NCBI GenBank assembly: GCA_000934665.2
Contig: JYFJ02004425.1
Span: 1 to 32,265 of the forward strand
Source of the DNA: Catajapyx aquilonaris
Taxonomy: Eukaryota
Length of the DNA: 32,265 nucleotides
Direction: 5' to 3'
Shown here: piece after piece, positions 10,237 through 20,700 of the stretch
How the letters are laid out: the number at the start of each line of letters is the position of its first letter
How positions within the stretch are numbered: the stretch's first letter is position 1
Translations under genes and position numbers: made by a program
The notes under the pieces: generated by a model
The model's database searches: none
Told to the model about the DNA's origin: nothing
What the model saw: only the letters and a program-made list of their open reading frames with translations

Positions 10237-10461
10237 CAGTAGGTACCCGTTTTACACCCCCTCCATTTTACGCCGTTCTACATTAACGCCGGTTTGAAAA
10301 TGACATCATAAAATTTTTAAATTGAAAAATTGTGATAACGTGGAAATTATGATAGCTTGCTGGTTGTGAAGTGGCCAAGAAAGATTTCCCATGCGGGAAG
10401 TACCCGTTTTACGCCGCTCCATTTTACGCCGCTTCGCATTAACCCGGGTTTTAAAATTACC
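10237..10461 (+). mobile_element. Left end of a pogo-like MITE with a ~60-bp direct repeat
   Basis: TA|CAGTAGGTACCCGTTTTAC; GTACCCGTTTTAC..CTCCATTTTACGCCG..CATTAAC occurs at 10243 and 10400. Right TIR not found. Confidence 0.5.
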
Positions 10462-10720
10462 GTACATTTGAAAATTTTGTATCAGATTTTTTATATATAA
10501 ATATATGATGATAACACAATCTGAACATGAAGGCATCACTCCAACACTTCTGAGACCAAACACACGAACGTATACCTGCTCTTCTTTCCTCTGTGTTTCC
10601 TGGTGCCTTGTGGCAGGTTCTATCGATATATGAACTGTGCAGTACTGTATTGTTCGGTATTGTTGATCTCGGCACTCCCCGAAGTACTCCAACCGTTAAT
10701 TGTTACGATACCCTACGTGT

Positions 10721-10855
10721 CAAGGGGGGTAATCACTCGACTGAAAAGTGTACACTGGAGTACCAAATTCAAGGAGTACCAAGGAGGTGCGTGAGGCGTA
10801 CCAGGGAGTACCACTCCCAGGTGTACACCGGAGTACCGAAGTGATTACCCCCTTG
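10721..10855. mobile_element. 135-bp MITE with 8-bp TSD (P-element-like termini)
   Basis: CTACGTGT|CAAGGGGGGTAATCACT ... AGTGATTACCCCCTTG|CTACGTGT: perfect 8-bp TSD; internal GGAGTACC repeats. Confidence 0.9.
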
Positions 10856-11039
10856 CTACGTGTACTGCAATTATTATTCTTGCCAACCTGCCCGTTGTTC
10901 TATTGTTTTCATTGTTGAATATGCAATGTTGATTTCATTTTAGAATGTGAGTGATGAGAGAGGCAGATCCATCCTTTGGGCTTGTTGACAGCCAGGGTTG
11001 CTAGGCAATTGCTTAATCTGCTGAAAACCCCCCTTAGAC

Positions 11040-11204
11040 TCAAAAAGGTTCGGGTTTGAGACTTTTCTCGGGGTCAGTGATATGTAAGACATGGCTCTGC
11101 GAAATTTGAGCGCTCTCCGTGCCTGGGAAGTGGCTTAATTAGGCGTGATAAATAAATAAATAAATAAATATATGTACAAATTTTGAGCTTTATATATATA
11201 GGGA
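11040..11204 (-). mobile_element. Helitron 5'-end fragment (Lep1-like architecture)
   Basis: Minus strand A|TCCCTATATATATAAAGCTCAAAATTTGTAC, then (TATT)n and TCACGCCTAA. 3' end not found; left boundary approximate. Confidence 0.6.
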
Positions 11205-11220
11205 TTATTGTAGCCTATAT

Positions 11221-12088
11221 CCTCCTGAGACCTGAGAAGAATTTTTAACGCAATGTCAGTTCTTATTGCATTTTCTGAACATTTTCCCAATAAGAAACGA
11301 GAAAAAAAATGTTTTAAAATATCGACAAAAATAGTGACAAACAACCAATGAGAACATAGGACCCAATTACTGCTACAAAAGCAGAACGGATGAAAGCTGA
11401 AAATTTAAATACCCCTTAATGGATCACTAACATAGTGCTCTACCCTCAAAACAGTGTTTTCATTTGTGGAATTCGTGGTAGCAATTCCTCTCAGAAGACA
11501 ATGAAAGATAAATGATATTATTTTTGAATGCCACCACTCCAGGCATGGGTCTTGCTCCTTCCCTTCTGACCCCCTAGCATGGTAGCTCGCTATTCTAGAT
11601 TTTAAAACTGAACTGTAGTGCAAAGCACACTTCCTTGTGGATGTACAGGTACAGGCACAATGCCACAGCCCATTCAGCTAAAAATAATAATTTAGGATGT
11701 CCATTTAAATGGGCATTTGGTCTCAGGAAGAAAAGAAAATTACCAGTTCTCTACAGCAACAAAGATTGTCACAGACACATCTTTTCATATTTCCTAATAC
11801 ACATTCCTTGATAATCCCAGGACATTCACTGCATTGCAAAAATCGCACTCTAAATATGAGGAAAAAAATAAAACTTATCAGATGAGCTTCAGCAGCGGAA
11901 TCTGCCATTTTCATAAGTGATTCAATTTTTGCTGCCAAAGTCAGATATTCGACACGAGGTGGCTACACCTATTGAGGCCAGATTGCAATCATGGGATACC
12001 AACAGATTACAGTTTTGTTGGCATCACTAGTTGGCGCCAAAAAATTTATTTGCTGGCGTCAACATATGTCGACACTAGTCTCAGGAGG
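11221..12088. mobile_element. piggyBac-like non-autonomous element with ATAT target duplication
   Basis: ATAT|CCTCCTGAGAC ... GTCTCAGGAGG|ATAT: perfect 11-bp TIR. An extra right-end-like copy lies at about 11697-11730. Confidence 0.7.
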
Positions 12089-13185
12089 ATATGAAAAATA
12101 TTTATTGCAACTTGCGGACACTTCTAGGCAATTGCCTATTCTGCCAATGGTAAATCCGGCGATGCTTCCAGTCGCGTAATTATTTATTATTAATTTTTCG
12201 TTTACTTTTTTTTGTATGCCTATTTGCCGCCCCTTGAAATCTGCTGCCCTAGGCAACTGCCTAAGTTGCCTTGCTGTAAATCCAGTGCTGGGTGTAGTCC
12301 TCTTTATACCTTAATTACTGTGGGGTTGGCCTCCCACCTTCCTCTTGCCCCATCCCTGTTGGAGCCACTTCACTGCAACTCCAAAGACAGTCACTCCCTG
12401 ATCTATGACTGGCATGGACCTCCTTCCCTTCAATCCGCTGATCTGTGCTGAGCTCTTAATGAGTAGTAAAGGTGATGGTCGCTTACTCTTGAATTTATAT
12501 GTTCCAAGCCTGTCTACTGGTGTTCTACCTCTACATCACATACCCCCCAAGTGTGTTGTAACATTTGGGACAACCAGATCCTTATGCGATTCAAACAAGT
12601 TGCAACTTCCTAGCAAGGTCCACATGGTCCATATCCATTCAGCCCTGCTGACTGACAATATGGAAACAAATGTGCTGCCATCTAAACATATTATAGAGCT
12701 CAAGTCATCTTAGAAATATACACAGGCAAATGCATTAAAATTTAACAAAAGTGCTGCAGAACCCTTGGAGCATGTTTGTTGCTGCTTTGCAGAAATGGAT
12801 GAGTGTGTATAGTACACATAATATGAGAATAGGTAAGGGTAGATAGTTAGGGTGGGTCAGATGCCTTCAGGTGATTGCTTCCACTAATAAGTTATAATAC
12901 ATGCACAGGGCAAATCTTTGTCGTTAACTTTCCCTTCCCTCAGTCTCCCTGTCTCTCCTCAATGTGCTGCATCTGAAGTTGCCATCTAATACCTTTAAGT
13001 AGCATGTTGGCCATTTTGATATACAAGGTCATCGAAAAAGAATGTCCCAATTTGAAAACCTATAACTCAGAAACCTGTAGACATATCTGAATGATTTCAG
13101 TTTTGAAATGCTAAGAAAGGTCTAAAGTTTTGGTCTCACCTTAGATTGTTTAGATATGATCTTCATGTGTCGCTCAGCAGATTAA

Positions 13186-14450
13186 CCCCTTGAGCCCCAG
13201 CTATACCGCCATCGCTTAGATTTTCGTTTCTGTTAAATTTACATGTACTCTGAAGATAAATAATGAGACATTTTACCAATAATAACAGCTATAGGCCTAC
13301 TTACAAGCTCATGCTCTACGCTATGTATGTGTTTGGAACCAGCTAAATCCTCTTGAAGTCCCAAAATTAATTTCCAAAAGGTTCGCTGCAGAGTATAGCT
13401 ATGCTGCGAGCGCCTAGTTTTTGGCTTGCACGTACTCTGAAGATAATTATAACATATTTTACAAATAATCACAGCTATACTTACATGTTCAGGGAATACA
13501 TAACGTATATCGTGGAAACTATTTTCCTTGTCTAGAAGTCTCTAAATTAATTTCCAAAAAGATCGCTGTAAATTCCATTGTCTACATTTTCACTTGCACT
13601 TACTCTGAAGATAAGGACAAGATATTTCACAAATAATAACAGATACCCTTACACGTTCATGCTCTACACTATGAATGCATTGGAAACAATTTTCACTCGT
13701 CTAGAAGTCCCTAAATTAATTATCAAAAGTAATAACTTGAAATTCAATTACTACTGGCCAACCGACCCTTAGGGCACCGCCTAGATTTGCCCTTACATGT
13801 ACTCTGAAGATAAGGACAATATATTTTACAAAATAATAACAGCTATACTTACATGTTCCTTGAAAATGATATGAATGTGTTTGGAACAATTTTCCCCCTC
13901 TAGAAGTTCCTAAATTAATTTCCAAAAAGATCACTGTAAAAAAACTCGAAATTCGAGAACTGCTGGCCAACTGTTAGGCTGATTTAATTATGAAATACAT
14001 TAAAGTACACGGAATATTAACCTTGAGAACCTTGCCAGACGAAGTTGCTGAAATCGGTGTACTTCGCGAGAAATAAATGAATTAGGGAGATTTCCGAAGT
14101 AACAGGAAAGCTGCAGATCAGAAATAATTGATTTCTCGCAAAGTACGACGATTTCAGCAAATACGTTGGCACTATTCTCAATATTGTTATTCCGTGTATT
14201 TTAACGTATTTCATAATTAAATCAGCCAAGTAGTTGGCCGGAAGTACTCGAATTTCGAGTTTTACAGCGATATTTTTGGAAATTAAGTTAGGGACTTCTA
14301 GACGAGGAAAATTGTTCCAGGCACATTCATAGTGTTTTCCTTGATCGGGTAAGTATAGCTGTTATTTTGTGTAAAACATCTTGTCTGTATCTTCCGAGTA
14401 CTCGTAAGTAAAAAACTAGGCGCTGGCGAGTATAGCTGGGGCTCAAGGGG
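13186..14450. mobile_element. piggyBac-like MITE with an internal tandem array
   Basis: TTAA|CCCCTTGAGCCCCAGCTATAC ... GTATAGCTGGGGCTCAAGGGG|TTAA; same family as 19701-20498. Confidence 0.93.
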
Positions 14451-14751
14451 TTAAAAAGGCAGTAATCGGTGTATTGCCAAACCCTATCAATCATATATTG
14501 AGTTACCATTGCAATCCTATCCCGTAGGTGCTGGATATCTTGGGTCTTTACACCACACACATTGTTCTTGACGATTCACAAATAGCTGCCTCATCCATGA
14601 AACAAACCTGCAGTAGAGTTTCATTTGTTCAGCCTCCCAATGTGCAAAGTCTTTAAGGTTTAAGGTTTGCCACGCCTAGCCCCTCCAGAAGCCCAGATCT
14701 TACCCTGATGGACTTTTTTGTGGAGACACATGTATGGTGAAAAGATCTTGA

Positions 14752-15053
14752 AGGCGTATACTCATCCAGGTCACTCGCAATCGACAAAGTCGATTGACGT
14801 CAAAATGATGTCGCCAATGATGACCAGGGCAGGGCGAGGAGAATTGGCGACGTCATTTTGACGTCAATCGATGTTGTGTTAGGAGGGAGCTACTCAAAAT
14901 GCTGGACTAGGCTTTGGAATGTCATCTAAGAACTTCTCATCAACAATCACTACCATGGATACATAATACAACATCCCCCCAAGCATCCCCCCTTCTCTGG
15001 AGGTACAACAATCGACTTTGTCGATTGCGAGTGACCTGGATGAGTATATGCCT
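14752..15053. mobile_element. MITE with 45-bp TIRs (Harbinger-like termini)
   Basis: AGGCGTATACTCATCCAGGTCACTCGCAATCGACAAAGTCGATTG / CAATCGACTTTGTCGATTGCGAGTGACCTGGATGAGTATATGCCT; inner hairpin 14789-14871; TSD ambiguous. Confidence 0.82.
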
Positions 15054-15945
15054 CCAGCATCACCAGCACCTATGGGATAAGATTGCAATTGTAACGCCAG
15101 ACATGCCTGAGCAGGTTTGGCACAACACCGATTACCGTCTTTAAATATTTCGAGTGACAAATGGAGCTCATATTGAAACAAATTATGGTAAGGCCAAAAC
15201 TTTAGACACTTCAGAGCATTTCAAAACTTAAATCATTAAGATATGTCTACAAGTTTTCGAGTTATAGAGTTTTCAAATTGGGACATTCTTTTTTGATGAC
15301 CCTGTAGGCTACATAAACAGATTTTATATTAACTTTCATAAAAATCTACTTATCATTTATTAAAATATTATTATTTTAATACTTACTTTCATACAGCTCA
15401 CTGCAGTGTGAACAGTTACAATGCAGTTTCCTATAAGCGTAATGCCTGTTTCAAAGTTTATCTCACACCTGTATCATCAGAAATGACGCATATGCACATG
15501 AGTCCTATTCACGTCCTGAGGGGGGAGGCATAAGGGAGAAAGGAGGGTGCTTTTGCTTTTTCTCACCAGCTCATATCTGCCAAGATGCACTCACAACCAG
15601 CAGCACCAACTTGAAGCAGAGGCATGGCAATATTTCAGACGATATCAGATGTGAGCAAAATTATGAAACAAGCAGTATTTACATTGTGCCACAACTGATG
15701 TCGTTCTCTGATCTAATTCTTGATAACCAATATACAGTAACTTTAGGCAATCCTGAGATGTGAGATCTGGCATGGTTGGTTTTACTGAATTTTGCCAACC
15801 ATTGCAAAGTTTACTGGCAGCAATTGATTGCAGATCTCTTAGTTCACTTAAATTAAAATCTCTTACAATGGCATTTGACGAGTTAAAAATAATGCAATTG
15901 ATAAAAAATATTGTTAGGCATCTTTGACTTTCACAACTAAAATAG

Positions 15946-16938
15946 TCATACAGACATTTTCTCAAAACCATCAATCAGATCTTTGAATGGGAGTTTTACA
16001 TTATACTCTTTGGGTTTGGGACTTGGTGCAGGCTTTGGCATATCCTTTAGAATAGCTGGAAGTGGTGCATTGAAGAAATATGGATGGACCAGGGCCCGCC
16101 TGGCAGAGATGCGCTGACCAGAAGAATATAAAAGAAACCGTCCAATAAGGTCTACTGCATCAGGTGGTGCTTCTGGCACCATAGCCTCCACTGGCACAGG
16201 ATCAGATGGTGGGAAACTAATCTTGTGATAGTCTGGAAGCCTGGTTAATCCAGGCCAATTCTCCTCACTCGGAGTTCCCAAGCTGCGTAGAACTAGACAT
16301 AACTGGTTAATGTCATTCTCCCCTGGGAACAGCGGCCCATTGTTGAACAGCTCTCCAAATATGCACCCAACTGCCCACAGGTCTACACCTTCATCATATC
16401 GTCGAGCTCCATATAGCAGTTCAGGTGCACGGTACCACCTCGTAGCCACCTGATGTGTGTAGGTAGGATTGGCCTCCATTGATTTGATCCGGCTAAGACC
16501 AAAGTCAGCAATCTTTAGCTCACCGTCACTGCCAATGAGTAGATTGGCAGGTTTTAAGTCACGATGCATGATTCCATTGTCATGGAGGTACATTACGCCT
16601 CGAAGTAGCATCTGCATGTAGCACTTGATTTGTGCTGGACATAACTCCAAGTTCAGGTTTCTCACAATTTCCCACAAGTTCCCTGGCATGTACTCAAATA
16701 CCAACACATAGAATACATGATGAGCAAATACGTCCAAGAGTCGCACCACATAGTCATTCTCAATCATACGAAGCACTTTGATCTCACGAAGGATCACTTT
16801 CAATTTGTTTTTGTCACGGCGGTTAGGTACCACTAGTTTCTTCAAGGCCACGACTTCATTTGTGACCTTATGCTGGGCTCGCAGTACAACGCCATGGGCT
16901 CCTTCACCAACTTTGCCAGTAACAGTATAATTGTCCAT
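15946..16938 (-). CDS. CDK20: Cyclin-dependent kinase 20 (CCRK), 330 aa, intronless CDS
   Basis: Complete kinase domain: GEGAHGVV, VALKK, HRDLKPANLLI, DFG and the CDK20-type YTHQVATRWYRAPELLYGARRYDEGVDLWAVGCI. ATG at 16938 (MDNYTV). Probable 5'UTR intron 16945-17068 (AG|GTAAAT...TTGCAG). Confidence 0.96.
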   Translation of the reverse strand: MDNYTVTGKVGEGAHGVVLRAQHKVTNEVVALKKLVVPNRRDKNKLKVILREIKVLRMIENDYVVRLLDVFAHHVFYVLVFEYMPGNLWEIVRNLNLELCPAQIKCYMQMLLRGVMYLHDNGIMHRDLKPANLLIGSDGELKIADFGLSRIKSMEANPTYTHQVATRWYRAPELLYGARRYDEGVDLWAVGCIFGELFNNGPLFPGENDINQLCLVLRSLGTPSEENWPGLTRLPDYHKISFPPSDPVPVEAMVPEAPPDAVDLIGRFLLYSSGQRISARRALVHPYFFNAPLPAILKDMPKPAPSPKPKEYNVKLPFKDLIDGFEKMSV

Positions 16939-17068
16939 TTCTGCCTGCAATTCAAATTGCAACTTCAGTATTCATGGGAGGAGTTGTCAGTTATTTCAAG
17001 GTGCTCAATTTAGAACTCAAGGTTTCTGTTCGCCATGTCTGTACACATTAACGGGTTAGTATATTTAC

Positions 17069-17562
17069 CTACGTATTAGGCATTAGCAGTAACTGCGGAG
17101 AAGGATAACTACTGAAGAACCTGCACATGGTCCTTCCACAGCTTAAATTCTTCGAGACGCTTCGAGCCCACAACCAAAAATTCGATACGATATAATGGCC
17201 GCCATTGACGTACTTCCGGCCAATCGCTGTTATATGTCAATATATTTTAGTAGTTCATACGGTCCGTTAATTTATTACTATATTTAATGAATATTAAAAA
17301 TAGAATTTACACTAATTAAAGTATATAGTAAATGTGAAAAAAAGGTGATCGGCGACGGCGTGTCACCCCACATCGAAAAACAAAGCGAGCAGAAAGCGAG
17401 AATACAATCGTGAAGTAAAAGGATGTAAAAAAAAATCCAGGCCAGGCCAGCTAGAACGCACACCTGAAGGTCTAGGTGCATGTGTACGATTGTCGGAAGG
17501 ATTGTTTGCTTGTTGTGAAACATGTGAAGTGAAGCCAGGTAGCAGCTCATGGGGCAAAGAAT
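17069..17562. promoter_or_regulatory. Putative bidirectional promoter and 5'UTR exons of CDK20 and the DUF1295 gene
   Basis: CpG-rich interval between divergent start codons 781 bp apart. Motif cluster 17181-17225: TTCGATA (DRE-like), CCGCCATT (YY1/Pho-like), TGACGT, ACTTCCGG (ETS), CCAAT. Splice donors face outward at 17068 (-) and 17563 (+). Confidence 0.65.
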
Positions 17563-17718
17563 GTGAGTATGTTACCATAGTACTTTCGTATTGAGTTGGG
17601 TCATTGTCTAGTAACTGTACTGTGGTCTGATCAAACCGCAAACATGATGGTTTCAAGGTGGTTGTAAGGTGCTAGCCAAAGTTCAGGGGATGGTTTTACA
17701 TGAGATGCTACTTTCCAG

Positions 17719-20700
17719 ATGATTGTGTTGGACGAGGACAATCTGGCCGTATGTGCCATTGTGACAGTCACCCTGCAACTGGTTTTCTTCACAATTGCAG
17801 CGTCATGTCAGTTCGACATGGTTACAGATTTCGCAGGGGGAACCAACTTCATTGTTCTGGCACTGGTGTCGGTGTTGTTGGCGCAGGTCAGTGTATGTAA
17901 GCGTATGAGCAGGTGTTATTTTTGGAGTTGAGGAGTGTGCTGTTAAAAATAATGACTACTCTTCTCGGTAAAGTGCATAATAAACATTCAGTCAAGTCCA
18001 AGGCACAGTTTCCTATTGTTAACATATTCAATGCTGTTTTGTTTCAGACGTTTGCACCAAGGCAAATTTTGATAACAGCTTGTGTTTGCTTGTGGGGCAT
18101 ACGCCTCTCTGGTTACCTGCTATTTCGGATAGTTCGCATTGGGCGTGATGCACGATTCGATGACCGCAAGAGCAATGTTATTCGGTTTGCGGTGTTTTGG
18201 ACATTTCAGGTGAGTTTTATTTTTCATTCTCAAACATTACAACATATTTACATGCACTATAATTTCAGGCTGTTTGGGTGTATGTTGTGAGCTTGCCAGT
18301 TCTATTCACAAACTCTCCAAGAAATGCGTTTCGAATTGGTGTGCAGCCATTAACGTGGTTTGACTTCATTGGAACTGTGCTGTTTGCAATTGGTTTTTTG
18401 GTAGAGACGCTGGCAGATTTGGAGAAGTTTTCTTTCCGATCCAATCCAGCTAACAAGGGAAAATGGTGTGATAAAGGTGAGCTGCATTAGAAATGTTAGT
18501 AGAAAGGTTTTGTTGCGTAACATGTTACATTTTTGACTGCCTTCGAATAAAAACTGGCATTTCACATGAAAATTAAGAAAGAAAAGTAGATTCTTTGGAG
18601 TGACAGAATGAATATTACAACTTTACATTGTATTTTTAAAACGTCATATGGCCTTCAAAAAGTATGCCAATGCAATGGGGGGAGGAGTGGTGGCCGAATT
18701 GGTAACAACTCATCTTGCTGAGCAGAAAGTCCTGAGTTCGATCCCCACCCAGGAGTTCCCTTTTGCCTGCGTCAGGAGGGTTTCTGGCCCGCACCTTGGA
18801 GGCGTTTGACAATCTTACCTCCAGGGAGACTGCACATGACCCAGTATTCCGACATTGCACTAGCACCCATGTCTCCTCCCCTAAAAAATCTCCATCCTTA
18901 CCCCATGTCCTTTCTTCCCTGCACGGAGTTTGAAGAAAAAAATCACTAGAAAAATGGAAAATATGGTGGTGTTCCACCCCCCTAAAAGGGCACAGTTCGC
19001 TCTAATGGGGTATAAGAAAAAAGAAAAAGAAAAAAGAAAAAAGAAAAAGAAAAAGTGTGCCAATGGACAGGAGAAACATTTTTAAACACTCCAAGCAGGA
19101 CCTGCACGTGACTTTCTTCCTCGTTGGTTTTGTAGATAGGGGAGTTATTCCTTGCTAGGCAGAGTGATTGTCCTGTCTGTCTTGAGTTAACCCTACGAAG
19201 CTGACTTGGGCACTTTTTGTGGCCAAGTCACATTGTTTGTTATAACTTGGGAAATATAGCACATTTGGACATCATCTTTGGAACAATCTTGGGTTCATTC
19301 CTTCTGCGATGAATGCCATTTTGTTTATAATTTTTGAGCAAATAGTACGATCGTAAAAAAATCAATTATGCACTGATGCGTATTTGGGGCCATAATGCGC
19401 GCATGTCACCTAGGCCAAACCGGTTTCCTTTCGAATCACTAAGCTTTGTAACGCTCTGTAAAGCTCTGTAAAGCAGGAATTGATGGAATGCAGTCGTGGC
19501 CCCAACTACGCATCGGTACATAATTTTTTTCCTGATCATGCTATTTACTATAAATATTTTAACTAAATGCGATTAATTACAAAAGGAATCAAACCAAGTT
19601 GTCCTAAAAGATGAAGTTCATATGTGGTAGATTTTCAATGTTATAGCGAAAATAGTGGCGTTGGCCACAAAAAGTGCCCACGTTCCCATCCGAGGGTTAA
19701 CCCCTTCAGCCCCAGATCGGCCCTAACCACACAGTTTTCAGCTTACGCGTACTCCGAAGATACGGACAAGATACTTTGCAAATAATAACAGCTATACTTA
19801 CGAGATCTGGGAAAACCCTATGAATGTGTCTGGAACCATTTTACTCGTCTAGAAGTCCCTAAATTAATTTCCAAAAAAGGGCTATAATAACTCGAAATTG
19901 GACTACTGCCGCCCAACTTTTAGGCTGATTTAATTATGAAATGCGTGAAAATATGCGGAATAACAACCTTGAGAACCATGCCAGACGAATTTGCTGAAAT
20001 CGTCGTACTTTGCGAGAAATAAATTAATATTTATTTGCGGCTTTCTAGCACTTAGGAAAACTCCTAAATGAGTATGATATGAATTTTCTGAAATCGTCGT
20101 ACTTCATGAGAAACAAATAAATTTGGGAGTTTTCCTAAGTTTTCCGAAGTGCCAGAAAGCCGCAAATAAGTATTAATTTATTTCTCACAAAGCACGAGAA
20201 TTTCAGCAAATTCCTCTGGTATGGTTCTCAAAGTTTTTATTCAGCATATTTTCACGCATTTCATAATTAAATCAGCTTAAAAGTTGGGCGGCAGTAGTCC
20301 AATTTCGAGTTATTATAGCCCTTTTTGGAAATTAATTTAGAGACTTCTAGACGAGTAAAATGGTTCCAGACACATTCATAGGGTTTTCCCAGATCTCGTA
20401 AGTATAGCTGTTATTATTTGCAAAATATCTTGTCCGTATCTTCGGAGTACGCGTAAGCCGAAAACTGTGTGGTTCGGGCCGGTCTGGGGCTGAAGGGGTT
20501 AAATAGGCATATTCACAAGGCCTGAAAATTTTCAGATATTTGACTGTATAGTAGATTCTAGGCTTTCAACCTTCTTTTCATTAGAAACAACCACAAACAT
20601 GCAATAGAATAAGTCACATGGCTAAGTGGAACCAGCAAGAGGCAGGCTAGATGTGCCTTTTTCTTCTCTATCTAAACAAGGTGGCCTTCTCAAGTAAAAT

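Larger units (their letters stand above)
13024..15304. mobile_element. Older fold-back Tc1/mariner derivative (DD41D-like remnant) carrying two nested MITEs
   Basis: TA|CAAGGTCATCGAAAAAGAATGTCCCAATTTGAAAA ... TTTTCAAATTGGGACATTCTTTTTTGATGACCCTG|TA. After removing 13186-14454 the left arm matches the reverse complement of about 15062-15304. The centre encodes PSRSPDLTLMDFF (from about 14681). Confidence 0.88.

Noticed and set aside
12405..12713. 102-aa ORF in unique sequence
   Set aside because: No recognisable motif or convincing exon context; cannot be supported without conservation data.
13236..13960. Regularly spaced repeats resembling a CRISPR array
   Set aside because: Whole ~185-bp units are homologous (no unique spacers), there are no cas genes, and the context is a eukaryotic MITE.
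16939..16962. N-terminal extension MQFELQAE of the 338-aa kinase ORF
   Set aside because: It begins at TTG and spans a splice acceptor; the CDK20-like start is the ATG at 16938.
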